DNA from: Candidatus Saccharimonadota bacterium
GTDB taxonomy: Bacteria > Patescibacteriota > Saccharimonadia > Saccharimonadales > UBA4665
DNA length: 32,000 nt
Direction of reading: 5' to 3'
Assembly (NCBI GenBank): GCA_963716945.1
Contig: OY970322.1
Location: forward strand, 60,001 to 92,000
Shown here: in pieces, positions 1 through 7,911 of the stretch
How positions within the stretch are numbered: position 1 is the stretch's first letter
Layout of the letters: every line of letters begins with the position of its first letter
The notes under the pieces: model-generated
The model's database searches: none
What the model was told of the DNA's origin: nothing
The model's input: only the letters and a program-made list of their open reading frames with translations
Translations under genes and position numbers: made by a program

Positions 1-1004
1 AAATAAGGCAGCATCGGCTCGTGCTCGGCGTTGAGGTAATAGCGTGAGTAGTAGGGCGTGACTATGAGGGCCTGGCCGAGCCCGTTAACGAAATTGACAC
101 CGGCAACCTGGCCGATCGACTGAATGAGCAGCCGGATGGTATTGGTCAGGCTGATGACATTAGTGCCGTGCCTGAGGTAGCCTGACATCTTTCTGGCATG
201 CCTGCGGCCGACATAGAGGGCAATGATAATGCTGGCGATTACCGCCACCGAGCTCAGAATACCGACGCCGACATAAGTCGGAACTAGCAGGAAAATAAAT
301 AACGGCCAAACGCTGGTGGCCACCATGGCGTCCACTTCGGAGCCCATATTGGCGACCAGGTCCCGCCAGACTTTGCGCAGACGCAAGTCCCGTATTCTGT
401 ACAATTCATTCTCCATATATTCGGGCCCGACAAACAAAGGCAGGGCGGCGGCTACGAAGCACAGCATCGTTATGACGTAGAGGAAGCTGATACCCAGCCA
501 GCTGGCGATCGCTCCGCCAATTGCGGGCGCAACGCCGTAAGCCAGCATTAACAGGGCCGAGGATAACCCGACTGCCGTTCCGACGCGCCGGTGCGACAGG
601 CTGCGCGTGAAACAAGCCCTAAACTGGGGCCAATACAGCGCTATCGACACGCCCCACACGAGGGCGATAGACCATAGCGGCCAATGGAAGGTCGTGATAG
701 TCGCCAGCATCAATATTTGCGCGCCTTGGATGAGTAAGCTGATACCCATGCAACGGTTAAAGCCGATGCGGCTGGCCAGCCGCAAAGCCGGTGCCTGGCA
801 GACACCCCAAAAGAGCGTGGAGAGCAAGAAATAGCCCATAATCGCCGAGACGCTATAGTGCAACCGGTAGAAATAAATCGGCACAAAAATCGTGACCAGG
901 CTGGAGGCCAGTTCTTTGACGGTATGCGCCCAATACAGCCGCCGCAACTCAGTCAAGCGAATGCGGACAAGATGGTAGTGATACTGGCCGGCGTGGTGAG
1001 TCAT
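1..1004 (-). CDS. MFS-type permease, N-terminal 334 codons (3' end lies beyond the left window edge)
   Basis: Absent from the ORF track because it runs off the edge. Reading the minus strand from ATG 1004..1002, I found no in-frame stop down to position 1. The translation (MTHHAGQYHYHLVRIRLTELRRLYWAHTVKELASSLVTIFVPIYFY...) is a run of hydrophobic helices separated by short basic loops. The family call rests on this pattern only. Confidence 0.55.
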   Translation of the reverse strand, partial: MTHHAGQYHYHLVRIRLTELRRLYWAHTVKELASSLVTIFVPIYFYRLHYSVSAIMGYFLLSTLFWGVCQAPALRLASRIGFNRCMGISLLIQGAQILMLATITTFHWPLWSIALVWGVSIALYWPQFRACFTRSLSHRRVGTAVGLSSALLMLAYGVAPAIGGAIASWLGISFLYVITMLCFVAAALPLFVGPEYMENELYRIRDLRLRKVWRDLVANMGSEVDAMVATSVWPLFIFLLVPTYVGVGILSSVAVIASIIIALYVGRRHARKMSGYLRHGTNVISLTNTIRLLIQSIGQVAGVNFVNGLGQALIVTPYYSRYYLNAEHEPMLPY

Positions 1005-1106
1005 GATTATGACAGGTTTTAATTAAGTTTGAATGTTAATAATCTATACAATCATAACAGAATTAGTCGAATGTGGAGTACTGGTAGTTCGGGCGCGCGG
1101 TGCGCA

Positions 1107-2336
1107 CTACCGCAAAAGCTCTTTAATGCCCACGCGCCGTCCGTATTCCATGGCCCCGTAGCGGAAGGCCTTGATCGCGAACGCCATAGCCAGAACCGCA
1201 CTGGCGGCTACCACTGCGAGCGCCGTGCAAGCTTGGGCAAGCGACAGGGTTCCGGCCGCGTTGCGCAGCAAGGACGTCGTCGAAGCTGTCAGCGGGAAAT
1301 AAGTGAACACGTTAACGATCAGGGTATGCGGCGAACTCACTATATAGCCCAGGGCATAAATCGGTATAAACTGCGTTATTATGGCAACTCCCAGGTAGCG
1401 TCCCGCTTCCTGGGCGCTGGGGAATAAAGCACTTAAACCGACTAAAAAGCCGGTAAACGTAGTAATCCCGCCCACAAAGAACAGTGCCCCGAACGCAATA
1501 GCCCTGCCGTCAAGCGGGATGTGGCTGAGCGAAACGCCGCCCGGCAGGCTGATATGGCTCCTGAAAAGCGTATAGCCGATCAGTAAAGCCCCGCCTAATA
1601 GGAGTATCTGCACCAAACCTAATATGAAAATCGATAGGATCTTGCCCAAAATAAGGCTGCGCGAGCTTATCGAAGCCAGTAATATTTCAGCGGCTCGGTT
1701 CTCTTTTTCTTCGGTTGTGGCGCTAATCATAAAGTAGGACAGCAAGGCCACCAGCGTCAGAAAAGCCAGCATAAACATACCGGGGGCAATAATACCGGCC
1801 AGGCCGTTAGTCACCTTGCCGTTCTTGTAGGTAGTAGTGGTTACCGCAGGGTCGTTTTGCAAGATCGGAACGATTTGATTATTGTTGGCGAGAGAACTTA
1901 CCCGGGATATAACATCTTGCCGTAGGAGGGCCGTGGCCGCCGTGCCGTAGGGCGGCGTATTGCTAATCCCTTGGTCTTGGGCATAAATATCAATGCCGCT
2001 TTTGGACACGTCCGGGGGATAGTAGAAGAAAGCGTCCAGCTTATTGGCCTGAACGGCCGCGATACCGGCCTGTTTGGTCGGCTCGATGGCCAGGTGCTGC
2101 TTTGTTAACTGCTGCTTATTAATAAGTCCTGTCCGGTCAAGAATGGCAATTTTAGCGGTTTTTGAAATCGTGTCGGCCTGCTGCTGGCTTGATTTACTGG
2201 CGCTATTGCTAGACACGACGCTTATAGCGATGACGGCTAGAATGAGGACGGGCGGCATCAAGGAAGTGAACCAGAAGCCTCTCTTCCTAAGGTTGCGGCG
2301 AACTTCAAAGCCAGCTACGTCGGTCAGCTTAGACAT
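1107..2336 (-). CDS. ABC-2 type transporter permease (NatB-like)
   Basis: 409-aa ORF with one N-terminal TM helix, a large extracytoplasmic region and a C-terminal bundle of TM helices. Its ATG overlaps the stop of the upstream ATPase gene by 8 nt (ATGTCTAA). An AAGGGG Shine-Dalgarno-like motif lies upstream. Confidence 0.75.
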   Translation of the reverse strand: MSKLTDVAGFEVRRNLRKRGFWFTSLMPPVLILAVIAISVVSSNSASKSSQQQADTISKTAKIAILDRTGLINKQQLTKQHLAIEPTKQAGIAAVQANKLDAFFYYPPDVSKSGIDIYAQDQGISNTPPYGTAATALLRQDVISRVSSLANNNQIVPILQNDPAVTTTTYKNGKVTNGLAGIIAPGMFMLAFLTLVALLSYFMISATTEEKENRAAEILLASISSRSLILGKILSIFILGLVQILLLGGALLIGYTLFRSHISLPGGVSLSHIPLDGRAIAFGALFFVGGITTFTGFLVGLSALFPSAQEAGRYLGVAIITQFIPIYALGYIVSSPHTLIVNVFTYFPLTASTTSLLRNAAGTLSLAQACTALAVVAASAVLAMAFAIKAFRYGAMEYGRRVGIKELLR

Positions 2337-3255
2337 TGGCCGCCCCTTCGTCCTGGTATAGCGCCAGGAATATATCGTTCAGCGTGGGACGGCGGACCTC
2401 AAACGTCGTTATGTGCAGGTCTTTATCGGCCGCCAGGTAGCGCAGCACCTCGTCGGTGGAAACGTGCCGCCGCCACTCTAGTTCAGCATAATGCGGCAGC
2501 CGCTTCGTGACCTTGTAAAGCTTGTCGTTATCCGGCAGCTTGCCGCTGAAATTAAGGGCCACGACCTGGGAACCGAAGCTGTCTTTGACCTCGTCAACGG
2601 TCCCGTACATCGCGGCCGAACCGTCTTTTAGCAGCAAAATCCGGTCGCACAGCTGCTCTACCTCTTCCATGCGGTGCGTAACCAGCATGACCGTCGCCCC
2701 CTTTGAGCGCTGTTCGTTGATGATGTCCATCAGCAATGCCCGGTTGACCGGGTCAAGCGCTTCCGTCGGCTCATCCAAAATCATGAGTTTCGGCTCGTGC
2801 AGAATAGTCACGCCCAGTTGTACCTTTTGCTGCTGGCCGCCCGACAATTTGATTAGCCGCTCGTCGGCTTTATCGGCCAGCCCGACCCGTTTCAAGTAGG
2901 TTAAGGCCCGGGTCCGGGCCTCGCTTTTGCCGAGGCCGTGCAGAACGCCGAAATATATCATGGTGTTTATAACCGGTTCGTTGCGGTACAGTCCGCGTTC
3001 TTCGGGCAGGTAGCCGACCTGGTTTGATAATGCGGGGCTGTAGCGCCGGCCGTTCACCAGCAGCCGGCCGCCGGTCGGCTCCAGGAGGGACAGAAGAGCT
3101 CGAATAGTAGTCGTCTTGCCGGCCCCGTTCGCGCCCAGGAAACCGAAGACTTCGCCTTGATTGACGACAAACGACAGGTCTTTGATGACTTGCTTGCTGC
3201 CAAAACTCATCGCAAACGATTCTATTGAAACTGCGGAAGTGTGCGTTTTGGCCAT
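2329..3255 (-). CDS. ABC transporter ATP-binding protein (NatA-like)
   Basis: Walker A GANGAGKTT, ABC signature LSGGQQQK, Walker B LMILDEPT and H-loop VTHRM. Translationally coupled to the permease. Confidence 0.9.
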   Translation of the reverse strand: MAKTHTSAVSIESFAMSFGSKQVIKDLSFVVNQGEVFGFLGANGAGKTTTIRALLSLLEPTGGRLLVNGRRYSPALSNQVGYLPEERGLYRNEPVINTMIYFGVLHGLGKSEARTRALTYLKRVGLADKADERLIKLSGGQQQKVQLGVTILHEPKLMILDEPTEALDPVNRALLMDIINEQRSKGATVMLVTHRMEEVEQLCDRILLLKDGSAAMYGTVDEVKDSFGSQVVALNFSGKLPDNDKLYKVTKRLPHYAELEWRRHVSTDEVLRYLAADKDLHITTFEVRRPTLNDIFLALYQDEGAANV

Positions 3256-3331
3256 AACACTAGGTATTATAGCGCCTGGTAGTCCTATCCGTTGGCAAAC
3301 GACTCTGGTTTGAGGGGCGTTATATTTGGAC

Positions 3332-3772
3332 TTATTTTCTGAAGTACGAAATTAAGAATAGCCCCACGCCGGCTAGGACAATGCCTACCAACTGGGGGAA
3401 ATGAAGCCTCTCGTGGAATGCCAGCAAACCGATTAAAAGCGCGTAGGTAATGAGCACGGGGTACATGATTGCCGAGAATTGAGACTGGGGGGCGCCTAGA
3501 GAAAAGGCTTTGATGACCGCGAAGTTGCCCAGACTGATTAGTAGGCCGATGCCTATTGCAAGATAAAATGCCTTCGGGCTTAAGCGCACGGATTTTATGC
3601 CATGGCTTGTTGCAAAATAGAGTGCCAGCATCAAAACCAGCCCTATAAGCGACGCATAGGCATTGACTAGGTAGATAGACGTGCCCTTAGGCAGCAGTTT
3701 GGATAAGGCCTGATAGACGGCAAGGAGGAGAGGCGCTATAAAGGCTAATGGCAGCCAGTTCATAAGGCTCAT
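3332..3772 (-). CDS. small EamA/DMT-like membrane protein
   Basis: 146 aa with about 5 TM helices and a half-size DMT/EamA-like pattern. The start may instead be M4 (3763), which sits 7 nt after a TAATAT box. Confidence 0.55.
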   Translation of the reverse strand: MSLMNWLPLAFIAPLLLAVYQALSKLLPKGTSIYLVNAYASLIGLVLMLALYFATSHGIKSVRLSPKAFYLAIGIGLLISLGNFAVIKAFSLGAPQSQFSAIMYPVLITYALLIGLLAFHERLHFPQLVGIVLAGVGLFLISYFRK

Positions 3773-3810
3773 ATTAGCATATCAAGCCGTACATTTAAGC
3801 ATTGGCGGCT

Positions 3811-3887
3811 TGGAGGGCCCGGTGGGACTCGAACCCACGACACCCTGCTTAAAAGGCAGGTGCTCTAACCGGCTGAGCTACGGGCCC
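3811..3887 (-). tRNA. tRNA-Lys (anticodon UUU), CCA encoded
   Basis: Hand-folded cloverleaf on the minus strand. Acceptor GGGCCCG/CGGGCCC, D stem GCTC/GAGC, anticodon stem CCTGC/GCAGG with loop CTTTTAA. T arm GTGGG-TTCGAGT-CCCAC, discriminator T, then CCA. Confidence 0.9.
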
Positions 3888-3920
3888 GCGTTGCGCGGTT
3901 GGCCGGCGAAATAACTCCTT

Positions 3921-3950
3921 ATATTATCGGTATTTCGACTAAAAAGTCAA
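3921..3950 (-). promoter_or_regulatory. putative sigma-70 type promoter of tRNA-Lys
   Basis: Minus strand reads TTGACT (3950..3945), an 18-nt spacer, then TAATAT (3926..3921), about 34 nt upstream of the tRNA 5' end. Confidence 0.45.
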
Positions 3951-3958
3951 TCTGTCCG

Positions 3959-4471
3959 TCAGTGTTTGCCGTGCTTGTGCGCGCCGCCGGCTTTGGGGCG
4001 CTGGAGCCAGAGGACCAATAAACAGACCAGGGCGCTGGCACCGACAATCAGGTCTTGGGCCCGCTGGACTTGCGACCACAGCGACGAATCGACGATGCTA
4101 TGGCTCAGGCCGGCCGGCAGCAGCGGCACGACCAGCAAACCGCCGAGCAGGCCGACGCCGGCGGCCGGCAGCAAGTTAAGCAAGAGGCGGCCGGTGCCGT
4201 GAATAGTGCGAATCATGAAGATTGTCGTCAGTACAACCGGCAGGAGCAGCAAGACTATTTTGACGGTTTCGCTACCGGCGCTGGCCGCCTGCTGCGGTAC
4301 TTGGCTGGCGTGCAGCGTCAGGAATTCACTGGTGTCGTTGGCCACGAACTGAACCAGTACGTCGCCCAGGCATAAGCTCAGAAAAACCAACGCCGCGTTG
4401 ACCCGCAAAACCATCAGCAAAACCACGGGGGCAAGCACGATGGAAGCAAGCGCGATAACCGGAGGCGTCAT
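3959..4471 (-). CDS. hypothetical polytopic membrane protein
   Basis: 170 aa with 4-5 hydrophobic helices and no recognisable family. TGgTATAGT (-10 at 4479..4484) lies 7 nt upstream of the ATG. Confidence 0.6.
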   Translation of the reverse strand: MTPPVIALASIVLAPVVLLMVLRVNAALVFLSLCLGDVLVQFVANDTSEFLTLHASQVPQQAASAGSETVKIVLLLLPVVLTTIFMIRTIHGTGRLLLNLLPAAGVGLLGGLLVVPLLPAGLSHSIVDSSLWSQVQRAQDLIVGASALVCLLVLWLQRPKAGGAHKHGKH

Positions 4472-4504
4472 AGCACTTACTATACCATGAGCTTTTTGGC
4501 TGTT

Positions 4505-5410
4505 TTAGGCGCCGACTTTGTCCTTTTTACGCCGGCCGGAACGCGCGGCCGACTCGACGTAATCAATGATGCTTTTGGCGACGTTTTTGCCGGTTACCTT
4601 CTCTATCGCGAAACCGGGGCTGGCGTTGACTTCCAGGACCCGAGGACCGTGGTCGCTGCGCATCATGTCGACACCGGCGATTGACAGGCCCATGGCTTTG
4701 GCGGCTTTTTGGGCGGTGCGCCGTTCTTCAGCCGTCAGCTTGACGTCGATGCCTTCCCCGCCCTGGTGCAAATTAGACCGGAAGTCATCGTCCAGGCTCT
4801 GGCGCAGCATACTGGCCACGACCTTGCCGTTGACCACCAAGGCCCGGATGTCGACGCCGGCGCTTTCGGCGATAAACTCCTGGACCAGGAAGTTCACGCC
4901 CTCGACGTAAAAGGCTTGCATCACGGCCAACGCCGCCTTGCCGGTCTCGGCCAGCACCACGCCGTTGCCGTGCGTGCCGCGGGCGACCTTGATGATAACC
5001 GGCGCGCCGCCGACCTGTTTAAGGACGTCGTCGAAGTCGGCCGTTTCGCGCACGAAGACCGTCTTAGGGATGCCGACGCCGGCTTTCGACAGTAGCTGCA
5101 TGCTGCGCAGCTTGTCGCGCGAACGGACGATAGCTATCGAGCTGGCGGTCGTGAAAACGTTCTGCATCTCGAACTGGCGTACGATCGACGAACCGTACTT
5201 GGTCAACCGGGCTGAGATCCTGGGGATGATAACGTCGATGTCGCGCAACTCCCGGCCCTTGTAACGAACCACCGGATTGCCCCGCTCAACCGTTATGTAG
5301 CACTTTGAATAGTCGATGACTTGGACCTTGTGGCCCCTTGAGGAAGCTTCCTGCTTAAGGCGTTTGGTCGAGTAGTTGGCGAAGCCCCTGGATAGAATCA
5401 CGATGTTCAT
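4505..5410 (-). CDS. rimK: RimK-family ATP-grasp ligase (ribosomal protein S6--L-glutamate ligase)
   Basis: 301 aa. The N-terminus MNIVILSRGFANYSTKRLKQEASSRGHKVQVIDY is typical of RimK. ATP-grasp core present (PVIIKVARGTHGNGVVL, LVQEFI, DIRALVV, LEVNASPG). Basic C-terminal tail. Confidence 0.85.
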   Translation of the reverse strand: MNIVILSRGFANYSTKRLKQEASSRGHKVQVIDYSKCYITVERGNPVVRYKGRELRDIDVIIPRISARLTKYGSSIVRQFEMQNVFTTASSIAIVRSRDKLRSMQLLSKAGVGIPKTVFVRETADFDDVLKQVGGAPVIIKVARGTHGNGVVLAETGKAALAVMQAFYVEGVNFLVQEFIAESAGVDIRALVVNGKVVASMLRQSLDDDFRSNLHQGGEGIDVKLTAEERRTAQKAAKAMGLSIAGVDMMRSDHGPRVLEVNASPGFAIEKVTGKNVAKSIIDYVESAARSGRRKKDKVGA

Positions 5411-5419
5411 AGCTGCACC

Positions 5420-5860
5420 TTACTTCGTCCTATGGCTTACGTCAACCAAAAATCCGTGCAGCCTTAGGAACTTGCGGCCGATTAGCATTTCGTACTTCAT
5501 CGACATCCGGTTGGTCAGCGTCAGCGTTATGGGGTAAACCTGACCCATGATAGCCACCTCGGTGTCAATCGCGTAACGGACGGATACCAGCCCGTTCGAG
5601 CTTTTGACCCGGCGGCGGTGGTAATCATCGATTTCAATGGTATGGTCGGCGCTGCCCAGCGGTGAAAAGCGCAAATGCCGCCGGCCCTGATTGTCGGTGA
5701 CCTCGCGCATCTTGGTCGCGTGCAGTGCCCCGTTAAAAGCGCCGGTGTCGACCTTGGCCTTGACGTTCTCGATGCCGAGGAGCGGTAAATCGACAGCCAG
5801 TGCCGACCCGATCGTTTTGGCGGCTTCGGCCTTCTTAAATGATGTCCATGTAAATTTCAT
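5420..5860 (-). CDS. RimB-like retropepsin-fold protein (putative ATP-dependent zinc protease family, DUF785)
   Basis: 146 aa with the family pattern KAKVDTGAFNGALHA ... VKSSNGLVSVRYAI ... LTLTNRMSMKYEMLIGRKFL...FLVD. Lies 9 nt upstream of rimK, the common gene pairing. Confidence 0.8.
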   Translation of the reverse strand: MKFTWTSFKKAEAAKTIGSALAVDLPLLGIENVKAKVDTGAFNGALHATKMREVTDNQGRRHLRFSPLGSADHTIEIDDYHRRRVKSSNGLVSVRYAIDTEVAIMGQVYPITLTLTNRMSMKYEMLIGRKFLRLHGFLVDVSHRTK

Positions 5861-5895
5861 ATGCTCTCGCGCCGTTAGTGTTTAACAGGAGAGGA

Positions 5896-5924
5896 ATTAT
5901 ACAATATATTAACTATTTGAACAA
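5896..5924 (-). promoter_or_regulatory. putative promoter of rimB-rimK
   Basis: Minus strand reads TTGTTC (5924..5919), a 17-nt spacer, then TATAAT (5901..5896), about 35 nt upstream of the rimB ATG. Confidence 0.4.
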
Positions 5925-5932
5925 GCGTTTTG

Positions 5933-6049
5933 CTACTTCTGAAGATGCAAAACCCGGCTGTAAACCAGGTAAATGAAGGCCGCGACAACCAACAATATCA
6001 GAATCAATAATGGCACGAAACCGGTCTCGTTCAGGGGCTTGGATTTCAT
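5933..6049 (-). CDS. candidate 38-aa single-TM small protein (below the ORF-track size cutoff)
   Basis: Hand translation of the minus strand gives MKSKPLNETGFVPLLILILLVVAAFIYLVYSRVLHLQK followed by TAG. One clean hydrophobic helix with charged flanks. Located in the AT-rich rimB/GGDEF intergenic region, with no clear Shine-Dalgarno motif. Confidence 0.3.
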   Translation of the reverse strand: MKSKPLNETGFVPLLILILLVVAAFIYLVYSRVLHLQK

Positions 6050-6107
6050 TTTAACCATAATTATTAAGCTAATGTTAAATTTTAGCAACACTGAACCTTC
6101 CATCTTA

Positions 6108-6136
6108 TTGTTTAATAGCAGTTATTATGGTATAGT
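6108..6136 (+). promoter_or_regulatory. putative promoter of the GGDEF gene (leaderless geometry)
   Basis: TTGTTT (6108..6113), a 17-nt spacer, TATAGT (6131..6136), then only 6 nt (tacacc) before ATG 6143. No Shine-Dalgarno motif. Confidence 0.4.
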
Positions 6137-6142
6137 TACACC

Positions 6143-6817
6143 ATGGCCGGTTCTACCTTTGATCCCGAACTTGCAGCCGCAGTACCTGAAATAATTAGCT
6201 ATTCTGTCGGGGCGGCCAGCCTTGCTATATCCGCTATAGCCTTACGGGCCTTAAGGCACGGAAGGAAGACGGAGGAATTGCTTAGGATAAGCGAACAGCA
6301 ACGCCGCCTCGATCCCAAGACGGGTCTCCTGAATTACCCGGCTTTTCAAGAAGAGTTTAAGGAGCGTACCGGCACGACCAGGCGTGCGGCGGAACGTGAC
6401 AGAGTCCACGGCTTATTACTCGCTGATATAGATGACTTCAAAGCTCTCAATACCCGGCTTGGCCTGACTAGAGCCGATGAACTCGCCCTAAAGCCGGTCG
6501 CCGATATCTTCAAACAGTCAACCCGTCCCGAAAGTGATGCGGTTGCCAGGTTTGGCGGCGAGGAGTTTGTCTTATTGCTAACCGATACTGACCAAGAAGG
6601 TCTGCTGACTGTCTGCAAGAGGCTGCAAGACGGCGTCAATGCCATTCATCCTGAAGGTGACTTATCCGAGGGCTTGGGAATTACCATAGCTTATACAACC
6701 TTCCCCCAAGGCACGCCGCTAGAAGAGCTTAGAGTAGGCTTGGATATGGAACTTGTGGGTGCCAAGGCCATAGCAGGCAAGAACCAGATTATACAGCTAG
6801 GGGGCCTGGCGGCTTAG
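6143..6817 (+). CDS. membrane-anchored GGDEF-domain diguanylate cyclase
   Basis: 224 aa with one N-terminal TM helix (IISYSVGAASLAISAIALRAL). GGDEF domain with LLADIDDFKALN and an intact active-site GGEEF (ARFGGEEFVLLL). Confidence 0.85.
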   Translation: MAGSTFDPELAAAVPEIISYSVGAASLAISAIALRALRHGRKTEELLRISEQQRRLDPKTGLLNYPAFQEEFKERTGTTRRAAERDRVHGLLLADIDDFKALNTRLGLTRADELALKPVADIFKQSTRPESDAVARFGGEEFVLLLTDTDQEGLLTVCKRLQDGVNAIHPEGDLSEGLGITIAYTTFPQGTPLEELRVGLDMELVGAKAIAGKNQIIQLGGLAA

Positions 6818-7911
6818 CGGCCGAAGAGTCCTTTCTTATCACCCTCATCGAAAGTCTTTAACAGTTCCTGCTGCTGCTTGCTGAGTTTGGTCGGGGTGTC
6901 GACGATGATGGTGACGATGTGGGCGCCGCGGCTGTTGCCGCGCAGGTGCGGCACGCCGTGGTTTGACAGCTTGAAGTCGGAGCCGGACTGGGTGCCGGCG
7001 GGGATCTTCATGCGGACCGGGCCGTCGACGGTTTCGACTTCGATTTCGGTGCCGAGCGCGGCATCGACCATGCCGACATGCTCTTCGCTGAGAATAAGTT
7101 CGCCCTCGCGCGTGAATTTCTTGTGCGGCTTGACCCGGATATTGACGTACAGGTCGCCTTTGGGCCCGTTGGCGACGGCTTCACCATGCTCCCGCAAACG
7201 GATGGTCGCGCCGTCGTCGATGCCGGCGGGGATCTTAAGCTGGACGGTTTGCTTCTTGGGCTGGGTGCCTTTGCCGCGGCAGACGGAACAGACTTTCTCG
7301 GGGACTTTGCCGCTGCCGTGGCATTTCGGGCAGACGCTGGCCTGTTGGATGTTGCCGAATATCGTCCGCGTCACGCTGACAACTTGTCCGGAGCCTTTGC
7401 ACTGGTCGCAAGTTTTGAGTTCGTGACCCGGCTCGACAGTCGTGCCTTTGCAGTGCTCGCAAGTATCTTCCAGGCTCAAATTGATATCAACTTCGGTACC
7501 GAAAACGGCTTGGTCAAAACTGATCTCGACGCCGGCTTCGACGTCGCGGCCCCGGGCTTGTCGTTGCTGGCGCTGCTGCCCGCCTCCGCCGCCAAAGAAA
7601 CTGCTGAAAATATCACCCAGCCCCAGGTCGCCGAAGTCGAAGTTAATGTTCTGGCCCTGGCCGCCGCCAAAACCGGCATACGGGTTGCCGCCGGCCCCGC
7701 CGACGCCGGCATGGCCGAACTGGTCGTAGCGCTTGCGCTTATCCGTATCTTTTAGGACCTCGTAAGCTTCGTTAATTTCTTTGAACTTGGCTTCTTCGCC
7801 GCCGCGGTCGGGGTGGTGCTCGACGGCGGCCCGGCGAAAGGCTTTCTTGATCTCATCGGCGCTGGCGTCTTTGCTAACGCCTAGGACTTCGTAGTAATCA
7901 CGCTGAGCCAC
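6814..7911 (-). CDS. dnaJ: molecular chaperone DnaJ
   Basis: J domain DYYEVLGVSKDASADEIKKAFRRAAVEHHPDRG, a G/F-rich linker and four CxxCxGxG zinc-finger repeats. The track start (GTG 7926) is probably too long. GTG 7911 gives the canonical (M)AQRDYYEVLGV N-terminus and has a GAGGA motif 8 nt upstream. Confidence 0.95.
   Translation of the reverse strand: MAQRDYYEVLGVSKDASADEIKKAFRRAAVEHHPDRGGEEAKFKEINEAYEVLKDTDKRKRYDQFGHAGVGGAGGNPYAGFGGGQGQNINFDFGDLGLGDIFSSFFGGGGGQQRQQRQARGRDVEAGVEISFDQAVFGTEVDINLSLEDTCEHCKGTTVEPGHELKTCDQCKGSGQVVSVTRTIFGNIQQASVCPKCHGSGKVPEKVCSVCRGKGTQPKKQTVQLKIPAGIDDGATIRLREHGEAVANGPKGDLYVNIRVKPHKKFTREGELILSEEHVGMVDAALGTEIEVETVDGPVRMKIPAGTQSGSDFKLSNHGVPHLRGNSRGAHIVTIIVDTPTKLSKQQQELLKTFDEGDKKGLFGR

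Noticed and set aside
406-834. Track ORFs 406..615 (minus) and 607..834 (plus).
   Set aside because: Both lie inside the open minus-strand frame 1..1004, which encodes a coherent multi-TM permease. Their translations are Arg-rich nonsense.
2329-2336. The identical overlap string ATGTCTAAG (products starting MSKL) at the ABC ATPase/permease junction and at the hrcA/orf99 junction (11681..11688).
   Set aside because: The downstream sequences diverge immediately (MSKLTDV versus MSKLEGL). This is a common overlap solution, not evidence of duplication.
6137-6146. The Kozak-like string CACCATGG at three start codons (6139..6146, 26612..26619, and dnaK on the minus strand at 10138..10145).
   Set aside because: Three short occurrences are compatible with chance. 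In two cases they are simply the 6-nt spacer of the leaderless geometry. There is no basis for a eukaryote-like signal in this bacterial gene set.
5973-6194. A 73-aa plus-strand ORF spanning the rimB/GGDEF intergenic region.
   Set aside because: It is an AT-rich, Asn/Ile/Leu-rich translation. It runs across the predicted GGDEF promoter and into the GGDEF coding sequence in another frame, with no start context.
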